A stretch of DNA of 63,300 nt, counting the filler, from Polymyxa betae A26-41 (lineage: Eukaryota; Protista; Endomyxa: Phytomyxea): the NCBI GenBank assembly GCA_003693705.1. It is 6 parts of 6 records of this genome, joined end to end, with 100 filler letters (N's around TTAATTAATTAA, not from the genome) between each part and the next. Parts side by side here need not be neighbours in the genome. Positions count along the whole stretch, not along the records: positions 30,245 to 40,395 come from RBZT01000941.1; positions 40,496 to 48,617 come from RBZT01000494.1; 4 more parts are not named here. The stretch is one strand, 5' to 3'. The notes below the pieces were generated by a model. The model searched no databases. It saw only the letters and a list, made by a program, of their open reading frames with translations, and was not told where the DNA came from. This document shows positions 36,467-48,717 of the stretch, piece by piece. Both the position numbers and the translations under genes were made by a program. Every line of letters begins with the position of its first letter. Position 1 is the first letter of the stretch.

Positions 36467-38279
36467 CAAGATCGTTACTTGCGTGTAGATCTAGATTACC
36501 ATGAAATGCTTTCGTAATGTATGTTAACAGTAAGACGACCACGATATAATGCAAATGCATTGGCAATGTCGTACTTGCGAACCTTCGCAGTCCGAGAAAA
36601 AGCTGAATTTTTCAAGAACTAGCTTGCAAAATGGAGACTTCTGCAGATGGCTCTATGGAAATTTTTGTTCAAGATGAAAAATCTATAGCAAAGGTGCAGC
36701 TCCTATCTGAAGAGAGCAATCCGAAGAAACATCGCGAGTCAATCCATAATCATTCGATAGATTTTTAACCGCAAATGTTTGTCAAAATTTGCCAAATATT
36801 GACTAAGGAAACTCCTCCCCTTGTCTCAACTGATGGTTACAACGAAGAAATCGCTGTAAAGGGTTTACGGTTCGTTGCTAAACTTGAAAATCTTCAATTT
36901 AGCGTTACCCGACCAGGTAAAATAGGAATATTTTCTAATACAAATTTTTAAAACTCACTCGTATGTAATTGCAGCCAAACGCGCCAAGAATATTGAAAAG
37001 CTGTCTGAATCAAATCGAGATGCTTACTGGCCCAGACACCTCTGGCGTGATCATCCAGAAGATGCCATCATGACTCCTGAACTTGTTGAGGAATTTGGTA
37101 TAATACACGGCAACGGCAAGCCTAGAGAAAGGAGCGAAATGTCTCGCTTGGTTCGCAATCAGATCCGAAAGCACAAGTATGAACACAACTGTCTGTTTGA
37201 AATCAAATTGAGCCATGAAATAGTATGACACCAGAGACGTTGAATGCCGATGCCGAAATTCTCCTGGCCAAAATAAATGCTCATTTACCAGGCGCTGAGG
37301 CTGATATTGAGATCGTGAAAGCAGGTACCTTTTTGCCATTGCTCTCCTCTCTGAATACATAATCACCTCAGAGCTTTTGCGTAGGCTAAGCAATGCTAGA
37401 TCGAAAGTTAATTACAAAACCACCACGGATCCAACAACAAGAATAATGAAGGCGAAAATTCTAATTTCTTGCTTGGTAATGACAGCCTTGGTCTTTTGCT
37501 GGCAACCATTCACCAGGAATTTGTTCAATCTGAGATTCATCAAACGTTCTGTTTGACTCAAAATTACGAACTAAATTAATTCAACAATTAAAAAAACAGC
37601 TTCAAAACAAAAAATGAGGCTTCAGAATATGATTGAATAAAGAGTAGTTAAATTACGACGATCGCTCTGTGTACCACATAGCCTATGAACAGTGTATGAC
37701 ACAAGACGTATCAAGCATCTCGGTTGTCACCTCCAATGGCGAAGATTTCGAAGCCAAAGCGAACACGCAATGGGTTACAGCAGTATTGCTATTGCCAAAC
37801 ATATAGATGCAATGGAAAGCTTCGCGATCCACGAACATTTCGTAAGCATTGCCAAGCCGATAGAGAGCGAGTCGAGGTTTCTTCACCTGCTGCATTATCT
37901 TGTTCAAAAATAGAATGTAGGTATTTACAAATCCTGGAATCTGCACTCAATTTTCCACAGCAATAGCTGAAAGTGATGAAATCATTGCAGAACATGTTAC
38001 TCAAGTTGAAAAAACATTCCACCCATCAACTTCAGCTCTTAACTTTTTTAGTGGCAGGTATTTTGGAAGAGGACAACCTCTGTGGTTATACTAGCTCTAT
38101 TGCTGATATGAATGATGTGAATATATCTGATTCTCATGAAGAAGATGAGACTGATAAGTGATCGGGACTCAACCAGAATGATCTATCAGAACTCAGCAGC
38201 TCCGATAGCATATCAGAAGAAAGTGACTGCTATAAGTTTGACACTCGCATTTGCAGTGGCATTCAGAGCGCCAGAGCAA

Positions 38280-40240
38280 AATTGAGTACTTTGTCGACTG
38301 TACATCGAAGCCAAATGCACGAACCCGGAATCGAGAGCCTGAAACATCTTGAAAAAATCAAGATAAAGATAATGGAGGTCGCAGACCAACGATTTCGCTC
38401 TGCGAACAACGGGAAAAGCTTCGACGAATTCTTGACTTTATATCTCTCTGAAATGTCGTCAGCGCAAGATCCTGAGACAGGGGAGCCTATACCTATCTAC
38501 AAAAACTTCCCATCTGGACGGAATCAAGCAAAGGTCTCTCTGCATAGAGATATATTCTTGTCGTTGAAGCCCTTTATTATGGAATGCTGTTCCCTAGGCC
38601 ACTGCATCTACGTTTTTGATCTGGAAAATGCCAGCCAATGTCCTGTTTGTACTGCACCCAGAACAGAATCCAAGCGGTTTTATACTGGCCAATTTGTTTT
38701 GATTTACAGGTATGTCGTTGATGAAGATACCGGTAATGATGCCACGTTTTGAAGAAGGAAATTTTCTTAGATGCGGTTCTCATTTCCATCATTTGCAACC
38801 CTTTTCTGGGAAGGCTTTGCACAGATCCAGGACCTTGTAAACTTATACAGCGATCACCATCAAAAAGAAGAGCTCATGACAGACAGGGTTCATGCAGACC
38901 TTTTCTATGATATCTATGTCCCCTTTCACACCAGGGAGGTTTCCAAGACCGGAAACGAGGCTACTGGTAAAGTGCTGCTTATTTTGTAAACTCAAGGCTG
39001 AAGCTAACACCTGAGCACAGATAAAAGAAGAATGATTATCGCATTGTCGCATTGTTTTGATGGTGCCAAAATTCATGATTCGTCATTGATCTCGATTTGG
39101 CCGCACATGTTTTCTTATTGACATTGCCTGCTGATGTGCGATGCAAACCTGCAATTCTGTTGACTTCATCGTCATACTTTTCGACACAGGCTTTTTTTGG
39201 GTTAACTGCATATGAACTCAATATGATCAACAAACACGGCCTGGATATTTTCGATTCATCCTCAAACTCAGTGATCAATGTACGTACATATTTTCGTCAG
39301 TCGTTAGAGCAATTGGCCTTTACTTACATGCACAGGTGAAGACAGTTTTGATCAGCAGCATGGCTGACCTTCCTGCTTTTGCTAAATCATCGAAAAAAAC
39401 CGGATCGTCCAGCATCAATGCAGCGTGTATTTGCTCTCTTCAAGGAGTGAGAATCTTCGGAAGAACCACTCGGCTGGGATCATCCAAATTTCTTCCAATC
39501 AAGCTTCCATTACGAAAGAAGCTCTCTCCCTCACCATGCGTATCGTCTTTGCCAACCCCAAAACTACTCTCAATACAAGATATTGTAGCTGCAGGTCGTC
39601 TCATTTTTTTCACAAAGTGTTTTTTTGAATTTCATTTTAGAACAATTTTCCGAAGAGTATGAAAGCAACGTGTCAGCGCAGAAGATGATGAAGAAAAACA
39701 GTATGCAAAGTCAACTGCTCTAAAGCTCTATGATAGGACTAGTGACCAGAATCATCTTTATAAGAAATCTGGTTTCTACGGGATTGATTCGCTCACGAAA
39801 ACATTACGTTCAGGATGGGATCTTAGCCGTCAGTTTAAATCAGACTTCATGCATCACTTTGGGGTAATTCGAAGAACAACGCTATTTTACATTCGATTAA
39901 CGTAATTCTCTTACCAGAACGCAGTGAGAAAGTTAGTCGAGGTCTTGGACTGTGAGACTCTCGGCGCTAGTTTAGCATTCAGCCAAGACGCTCGTGAGTG
40001 TGAAAAGTCGATGGGGCGTCTTGAAGTCGTTTGGGATCATCACGCCGAGGTGCCATGGTCGTTAAGAAAAGGAAGTCGTGTTGAAATTTCAAACCGATTG
40101 GTGAGTTTAAGAGCCCCCCAAGGTGAACGATGTTTGGATTCTATGTTTATTAAATTGGTATTCTGACACGTGATCATAGGATGCCCTGAGCTCTTCAATC
40201 CTTATATCAAGTCCACGATGTTAATTCAGAATTCACAGTG
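38280..40240 (+). mobile_element. CACTA/En-Spm transposase remnant with introns
   Basis: CSLGHCIY..CPVCTAPR, LSHCFDG, LTLPADVR, DLPAFAKSS..GSSS..ACIC and DFMH appear in the order typical of the Transposase_21 family. Contains stops. Confidence 0.7.
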
Positions 40241-40395
40241 GCAGCACAGCCGGTATTACCGTTTGAGAACGGATTTTTAAAATCCATTTTTTCCCATACA
40301 AAAACCTCAATAATCCACGTTATAACACCCAATAACCTTATTTTTCGACGAATCTTTGTAAATTTATGATAATTTATAAAAATATATGATTTTCA

Positions 40396-40495
40396 NNNNN
40401 NNNNNNNNNNNNNNNNNNNNNNNNNNNNNNNNNNNNNNNTTAATTAATTAANNNNNNNNNNNNNNNNNNNNNNNNNNNNNNNNNNNNNNNNNNNN
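40396..40495. other. Artificial contig spacer
   Basis: N-TTAATTAATTAA-N linker. Confidence 0.98.
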
Positions 40496-40677
40496 TATAG
40501 AGGCAAGTGGGACTCTTAATCTGTTAGACGGGAGAGGGTTTTGAACTGGAATGTGTTTGAAGAAGTGTTTTATTTGATAGCATGCAAGCAATGCTTCCGG
40601 TTGAATTAGCGTGAGTCAACGCTATTGATATCTCGAGATTGATCTAACAGCGCTCATATGCTAACATCTTTATATAA

Positions 40678-40761
40678 GCACTTGTGGCCGAGCGGTCTAA
40701 GGCGCCACCTTTAGGCGGTGGTCTTGGAGACAAGGCGCGGGTTCAAATCCCGTCGAGTGCA
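40678..40761 (+). tRNA. tRNA-Leu (anticodon UAG)
   Basis: Acceptor stem GCACTTG/CGAGTGC, D-loop GAGCGGTCTAAG, anticodon arm CCACC-TTTAGGC-GGTGG, long variable arm, GTTCAAATC T-loop, poly-T terminator. Confidence 0.93.
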
Positions 40762-41066
40762 TTCTTTTTTATTGCTTGCAGCTTCAAGTCGATGATGCTT
40801 CTCAAAAAAGTCATAGAGGTCAACATCAAGTTGACAAGATCATTTTACCGTGTGACCACAACGAATCTTGGCTATTGAATGGGTGATTACTGTTGCAAGT
40901 AACACTTGCAATTGTCTCGCACTTGCAAATACGAGTACTCTAACTAGTCGTTGCAGCAGTTTTCAGTAGGCAAGCAATGTCAGGCTTCATGGCATAATAT
41001 GCTGATGTGATCTGCTTCACTACCATAACAGCATAATGTGTAATCTCACTTTGGAACATAAAATGA

Positions 41067-42760
41067 TTACGGTTTCCATAGTTTAACAGTAGAATCAGAT
41101 GAATACGATGCCAGCGTATTTAGGAATGGATGATGAGCCAATCCTAACACTTCGGAATTATGGATCTTGATAACATGAACCATGTCACCAGATGATGTTT
41201 CGAACATATACAGCAACGAGTCGCTACCAGCCGAATACAGATACCGCCCCTTGGTAGATATGGTCGTACATAGGAAATCAATGGTCTTCTTGTTGTGGGA
41301 GAACCTCTTGATAACGTCGCCGTTCATGACGGAGATCACGAGAATCTCGCTGGCTCTACCGGTTACGACCAGCTGGTCTCGAGTGCCAGGGACCCAACAC
41401 AGCTGCAGAATTGGAGCTTCGGTTCTGGAAGCATTGCTGTAAGGTCGCCAAGTAAACAGGCAATCTGTCGACTTGGCATCCCAAACACAGATTGTGCCAT
41501 CGCTGGCACCGCTGTATATTCTCGTACAATCGTCATTGTAGATGGCCGCGTTCACGTATGATTTATGCCCTCGATAGTCTTTTAGCGTCTTGCCAGAACG
41601 CAGGCCATGGACACGTAAGCTCGTATCGAACGAACCAGTGAGAACTTGAGTCGAATCTCTCGCAAACTGGACGCAGCTGACGCCTTGAGTATGAGCCGAT
41701 AAAAACTTCTTAACACAAGCCCCTGTTTTGATCCTCCAGACTTTAACTTGACCGTTTTTACTGCCGGTCGCAAGAAGCTCGCCGTCTCGGGACAAATCCA
41801 AGCACAGAACGGCATCATCATGCATCATGAGTTGTTCGTCAGCTTGGTATTGTAAATCCGTTCTGAGTTTGCCAGTCTCGCTATCGTAGACTTCGACGAA
41901 TCCGTCCAGGGTTCCAATGACCATGAACTGGCCGTCGCGACTGAATCCGACACATTCGGCATGGTTCATTTTGCCGACTTTAATGAGGCGGTCGTTACGA
42001 ATCGGAAGCTTCTCAACAGCAAGAGATACTGAAGCAACCGAGGCACCACGAAATAGGTCGACCTGTGAACCGCTTGGCAGAAGACCTTGATGTTGCTGCC
42101 ACTAAAGAACATTGAGAACTTTCACAAAACTATCCCAATGACTGAAATTACTTTCACGGCTTGTGTAATTAAAGAGAGCAAACGTGATGGAGGGACAGTT
42201 GCGAGCTCTGCCTCAAGCTGAATAGCAATCGCATTTCTACGAGAACTTTTTGTTTCCTTTCCAGGATATGCCTCGCTGGGTGTGAAATGGGGCTGACCTA
42301 AAATCCTCTCCAAGCGCCTAACAGGTCAGATTTCAACAACCATGCCCAAAAAGACTCAGTTATAACACCTATATCTGTTGATGTCGACATTCCTCAAATC
42401 GGCAAGAGACGGCGATGATCTCAACAACGCTCTGCCAGTATCTGTATCTCCGAGCTCTGCCAATTCGATGACAATATGCTCATAGAGCTCATGGGCAAGC
42501 GGCGCCGGCAATGATGCTGGAACCATATCCAAAACATAATCCCAACGTCCATGGCGAACATGGCTCAGAAACGTCTTCATATTCTCGATGGTATTCAGTG
42601 CCACATTCGCTTCGCGCTGCAAGGTCGTGAACGACTCGGAAAGATTGTTCTCCTTCAGAAACTGCAATATCAGCCGAACGACACTAATCGCCTCTCAGCC
42701 CATGCGATCCCCAAATGAAGATGACGATTCTTACTCCTGAGATTGGACCTCGATATTCAT
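41067..42760 (-). CDS. SMU1: WD40 spliceosomal protein SMU1 (LisH/CTLH + WD40), multi-exon
   Basis: VRLILQFLKENNL, VPPSRLLSLITQAVK, DGFVEV..GKLRTDLQYQA, HGLRSGKTLKDYRGH and terminal LKLWKP-like VKLWKP. Confidence 0.93.
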
Positions 42761-43041
42761 AGCGCCGCCTGAAATGACAAATGAAGAGAGGTGCCTTATT
42801 ATAGCCACGCAGTCTTCAATCTCTCATTCCATTTCTGGAAATCTTGTTAGAGGGATTGTAACAGTACCAGCAGTGGACATCACGTCTGCTATATAATCGC
42901 CTCACTTTATATTATTCAGGCGGTGGAATCATCTCCCCTGCTGGGCGATCAAGGCAGATTCGTCGGACACCTGAACCTGTCAATACTGGCGTAGTTTTGA
43001 GAAATAGCTGTCAGTGCTGATCTCCAGCTGGGTCGAGGACG

Positions 43042-46000
43042 ATGTTTCGTAGAAGGGAGCTCGACGCTCCCGATCAGTTTGAAGAGGTTTTGCATTATCG
43101 GTTCTCGTCGGAAGATCTTTCGAATGTTTCGTGTAGATGTGCCGTCAGAGCTTCGACCGGATGAGCAGCTCATTTCGTGGGAAGAGTGATGCTGAGATTC
43201 AGAGCGTATTGATGACCTATCAGAAGAACTCAGCTATCTATCCCGGATTGTTATTTTGGATTTTGGTTGATTCAGAACCTCCCGAAAGAGTAAACGCACA
43301 CCCGATCCGTTTCATTTTGCTGAATTTCGACGAAGTTGTTCCAGCATGTTCGAAATATAACTATCGACAATTTTGTGGCGTTCTGCTCCTTACTTCAAAC
43401 TGTTTGTGAGAAAAAGTTCTCAATACTGAATACTTCTCCTTTGAAGAAGGTGGTTAAAGAAAGGTTTATTTGGAAGCTTTGTTAACTACTAGTTCAGTTG
43501 TTATTCGTTGTTGACGAACTACTGGGGCTGGAGGTAGCAGCTGTCGATCCCTGTCTGGCGGCTCTGTGCAGGCAGATTCCATCTGGGAACTCCAGCCCCA
43601 GAACATTAGCCAATCTGACACAGATATTCAACATTGTCAAAAAGCACAGAACGTAGACACATCGCTGCCGTTGCTTCGCCAATTTCAATGTTTTTTTTGT
43701 AGAGTAATTTGCACCAGGCCTACACTATTGTCCACTATCATGTACCATTTTGCTCGGTTTCTTCCAGAGATCGCTTCGGAGCAGAAAATGCAATCTAACC
43801 TTGGTGCGTTTCTGTCTCAATCAATAATAGATTTTGTGAGTTGCTATATACGACTAAAAGGCTAAACTGACATCTGTGCAGCCAAATGAGTGGCAAGCGA
43901 TTGGACGCGATGCTGTTCGAGTTCTTTTGCTTAATGTGAACTCATATCCACCTTTAAAGTCACTTTGTGATTCGTCAATGCCCATGTTGGAAAAACAGAC
44001 GCCAGCATCGTTTTTGCAATCCAGGCTCACTCCGGATATGGAAGAGAAAATTACCTTCGTCTTGAGTGAAGTTCAGCATCTGATTTGTCATCCGCCTCTT
44101 ATTCAACTACATCGATCAGGTTGCACTTGGGTCCCAGCAGCGCTATCTAACATGGTTCATGACCAAATTTATTCGCAATGCTGACACGATCGTGTTTGAT
44201 CTCATTCGCTATTTATGCTCAGTGGGGCGGCAAAAGTTGCCGTCTTGGGTCATACTCGGATGGCTCGTCAAAGTAAGAAATAGGCGCTAACCGTTTGATG
44301 CTTTCATCGAAACATTGCTTGCTTAGACCTACCAGCAATCGAATCTTATATCGCAGATTACACGATGTATTTTGTTCGATCTTATCTTTCATCGTCCAAA
44401 CGATGATCCCCAGCGTAAATATTTGCAGTCCTCCGACTTTTTTTCTGATTGTGAATAGGTCTGGAGCCTGGTTTCTTATTGATGCTGAACTCTGTCAGAG
44501 GCTACCAGGTTTAAATGGTCGCCGAGCTCGCAGAGCTGTTAAAATCTGACTAGTTTATCTAGGATGTTACTCAACTTCTGCTTGAGACCTTGATCGAATG
44601 TGCCCAGTCTTTTCAGCCATCTAGTAGGTTGCCGCCTTTAGTAATTCATCTCCAACTGAATGCATTCACAGGTTTGCGTCCTCAGATTCGCTCCTCTATT
44701 GAAACAGGGTTAATAAAAGCTGCAACTGCCGCTAATGTGCAATCACTATCACCGCTTTTTGTAGAATCGGTTCAGTTTTGGTTGTCTGGTTTCTCACATC
44801 GCTCCTAGATCACACCAGCTCTTCGTAATTCGCTGGTGGGCCTATTCCCACGAGCGTTCTCCCCAACACCAGCGCACACCCCTCCCTCCTCGCCGTCTCC
44901 ATCTCCATCACTTAAACGAACACCTTCTCCGGCGTCTTCGCCTCCTCCTGTATTGCGGCTCAAAACGCCAACCCAATTCGCTTATTTTGTTTAGGCCAAA
45001 ATTGCCAAGAGTAGCTCAGATCCACAATCATTACTGTCTCGTATTTTGAGTCGACTACCTGTCAGTCTGAAGGAAGCTTTCACCAATCTGTTTGTTGCGC
45101 TTTACAATAACGAACCACCGGACGACCCAGAACGACACATTGCAAATTCTATTGGCTCCATCAACTCATATGTCACGTCAAATGGAGTTTCAGATGATGT
45201 TCTGCAACAGGTCAGCGTCTGTTTCACATAGCAGCAGCCATTGTCTGATTTATGAATAGGTCATACTCCCGTTGGCAGAACTTTTGAAGCGGCAGTTATG
45301 CACAGGAGTGTTTCGTCCTTCTCGAGCTCTATCTATTGTATTCACTGCGTTAAGGTGCTAGTTAGTTCCTCTTGTGCATTGCTGCTGCTGATTTATTATT
45401 AGAGATTCTTCAGCTTTTCTAGCACAGTTACGATCAGCTGAAGTCCAATTCGGATTTCATATGTTAGATTGGGCCAGAGCCTCTCCCGCTAATAGGGATG
45501 CCTATATTCAGATGATAACAGTGGCAGGGTGCTCAGTTTCTGATGATATAGCCGTCTGTAGAACAACGTGTCCCCTGCATACTAGGTGAATTTATATCTC
45601 TTCGATTTCTTTATAGTTATATATTCTTTTCAGCACACTGTTATTGTATGCTTTTGAGGATTTGTTGAAATACTGTTCCGATGCGGCAATATTCTCCTAC
45701 TTGATAACGTCGTGCTCTCCATCTGAGCTGAGCGGTTTCTCCGGTCGTATTGCAACGAGCAAAGCATCTCTCGTTAGCCCTGACTTCTCTGACAGCGATA
45801 AAGTAAGTTATGCTTTATGTTTGTCAGCTGTTTTAACATCAAACTTCAACTAGGTTCGAGTAGCCACTGCTTTCAGTTCGGCCCTATGCGCTTTGCCACA
45901 TTTTCAACAAACGCTGGGTTGGATTGTGCTCTCCAATGCTCTGTCATTATGGAAATCGCAAATCATTTTCGAATTCACCGAACAGTATCTTTCCGGCCTT

Positions 46001-46658
46001 GGGTCGAAATCTCTAAGCTGTCACGAATCGGAGGGACTTTCGACCGTTTGGAAAGCGGTTTCTCCTTCTGTATGTTCGGCACTACGTTTTGTCAATTCAA
46101 TTTTTTCTGAACTTTTTCATCAGGAAGAACCGGTGACGCGGTTATCACGACTTCCAACACAATTCCAAGAATCGTTTATTGACCGGGTTGCATTGTATTG
46201 GTTTGTTTCACATCCAACCGGTAGGTTAAGTCACTTTAATTTCTAAGTGTTTGCTTAATGCTCATTTGTAGTCGTGATCGATGTCATTTATAAAACAATT
46301 TCGTTTCCACATTGCAAGGTGTTTTTGAAGGCTTTTTCTCAGGTTGCTCGAAATCCCGACCGGTGGTCCGATCTCGGTAAAACGCATAGACACCATGCTC
46401 TTATTCTCAATTACTTTCAGTTGATTTAATCAAAGGCAACGTATCACTACTTGAAATGTTGTCTTCTTCTGAGCTTTATCAAGACGATTGCATCCGGAGA
46501 TTTTGTGAAGGTAGTATTGCTCAGGTATATTGTGAACTTCATGGAATAATTTGTGAAATTGTCTAGAGCTGCTGGGATCAAATTCAATTTCGAAAGCAAT
46601 GTCGAATGACATTGATCAAATCGATATGGACGGCTGGGCCAGTTTTGCCTCCACCTGA
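43042..46658 (+). CDS. INTS3: Integrator complex subunit 3 (SOSS-A), many short introns
   Basis: LDAPDQFEE, GLLFWIL, IGRDAVRVL, FLQSRLTPDMEEKI, DLIRYLC, WVILGWL and LEPGFLLM match the INTS3 N-terminal domain. Exon boundaries in the 3' half are approximate. Confidence 0.8.
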
Positions 46659-47536
46659 ATATTTATTGCATTTTAATATTTCTTGTTACAATCTTGAATG
46701 GCCGAAACTCTTTGCGTGAGCTGGTTGTCTTTTTCACAATCGATGTATTGCTAGAAGTTCTCTTTATGGGTGAATCATTATTCATCAGCACAGACGGTAA
46801 ACTAGTGATGTTTCTCATTTCTGTGGCACCATTACAGTTATGTTGCAAATCTACATTTATCGGGAAGATTGTCGTGAATTTAATACCGATAGTTGACATG
46901 ACTTAACGTAGTGGGACCTTAGGTCACTTCAATCGCTGTATGTACATTCAAATGTCGTTGTTTCTCCGGTTAGTATGTAATAATATTGAAAGATTACGTC
47001 ACACTATTTATCCCTGATCCTGGGACGGTATATAATTATATACCGCCCTCTTGAAAAGTACAGAATTCGAGAATCGCAGCCCACAGGCATGTTTCAAGCG
47101 CATAAGTTTTTTGCGGCGCGGTTTGTACCACTGAACGGAGTGGCCTACAACAGAATTTCTACTATCGACTTCGCTCATGTTCTGTAGATTCTTTCGGGAG
47201 CCGGAAGGCCAATGTGCTCCTACCTGCCATGAGTCGTCCGTGGGTCTCCAGCTGAGTATCAAGGATCAACTCAAAAGGTTTCAACTAGCCAAAAGACAGA
47301 TGAAGTTAGCCGCCATCGCAACGGTATCTCGCGAACTCAAATCTGCGATCAATCAATCCTGCTCTATTTAAAATTAAGCCAATGTCACAGCCTATCCAGC
47401 TGTGATGGATACTTGTGCACGCAAACCAATCATGCTAGACAAAGGCTCTCCTGTGACCATTGTTTTTACTTTGTGTGACGTGAAGTTTTTAATTTTACTT
47501 TTAATTGTTTACCCTGCTATTGATATATGAGGTTTC

Positions 47537-47724
47537 AGTAGAAAACCAGAGTGTCATTTTCAGAACTCAAACCAAAAAATGACGCATTATAGGGTCTTAT
47601 AACGTGTCATTTTTAGAATTTATTCTCAAAAATGACGCATTAAAAGACCTTTTAGATACTAAAAGGTCTTTTAATGCGTCATTTTTTGGTTTGAGTTCTG
47701 AAAATGACACTCTGGTTTTCTACT
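47537..47724. repeat. Foldback element with nested inverted repeats
   Basis: ~53-bp arm AGTAGAAAACCAGAGTGTCATTTTCAGAACTCAAACCAAAAAATGACGCATTA and its reverse complement at ~47672-47724. Internal hairpin ...AAAAGACCTTTTAG-ATA-CTAAAAGGTCTTTT. Confidence 0.85.
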
Positions 47725-47888
47725 CTGGGGCGTGGTTTTTGAGTTCAATTTTCAAAAATGACAACAGATTAATCCGCCCATTCTGATAGATTAATCCCTC
47801 TCAATCCGCCATTTGTAATTTTTGAAATCAGATTTAAAAAATGACAATATATTACTATGATATTTATTTATAATAATCCTTATATTTT

Positions 47889-48020
47889 CGTGCCAGGCAA
47901 GCGTGCCAGGCAAACCCCCTTTCGTGCCAGGCAAACCCCCTAAAATGCCAGGCAAGAATTCCTAAAATCGGCGAAAAATGCCATTTTCCCATACAAAAAT
48001 GACCTCGTGCCAGGCAAAAT
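47889..48020. repeat. (G)TGCCAGGCAA x5, probable transposon subterminal repeats
   Basis: Five copies within ~130 bp. Confidence 0.6.
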
Positions 48021-48617
48021 CAGCGAAATCGCACAGAATAAAAAATTTTATATGTCACTTCCACGTATTCATCAAAATATCAATCAAAATAAACCCACCG
48101 AGACACCATGAATTAAATGGATAATGTTCATGGGGATGATAATGGGTAAAAAAATGAAGACCTGACCAAGAATTGAACCCATGGCGTCCATAGTATAGAC
48201 GCATAGGTCTCCCAACTGACCTATTCTTACATATATCTCTGTCGTTAGACATGTCAATTCATATATATATACATGTTCCGTTTATTAAAAACAAAACAAC
48301 AGAGGTTTCCCCCAAATGTAAAAATGAAAAAAATGGCAATGGGGGCAATTAACTGCCTCCCAATCATCTTGAGTGTCTTGGCGTCCATAATCACGAACAT
48401 CGGCGCCTTCATCTTGAATAGATAGTGAGATACCGCCTGAACCATGAAATCAGCAGATATGACGACGGCGACATCCAATACTTATCTTTCTTGATGCTGG
48501 ACGCCAACCGAGCACGTCTCCATCCTCGTCATGAACTTGCCGACGGCGCCCATCGATGCTTCGCCGATTTCGCCTAAAAATCACGAATCAGCGATTCATA
48601 AAAAAATGATTTTAAAG

Positions 48618-48717
48618 NNNNNNNNNNNNNNNNNNNNNNNNNNNNNNNNNNNNNNNNNNNNTTAATTAATTAANNNNNNNNNNNNNNNNNNNNNNNNNNN
48701 NNNNNNNNNNNNNNNNN
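48618..48717. other. Artificial contig spacer
   Basis: N-TTAATTAATTAA-N linker. Confidence 0.98.

Noticed and set aside
40678-40761. Possible ochre suppressor tRNA (TTA within the anticodon loop)
   Set aside because: The CCACC/GGTGG stem centres the loop on TAG, giving an ordinary tRNA-Leu(UAG).
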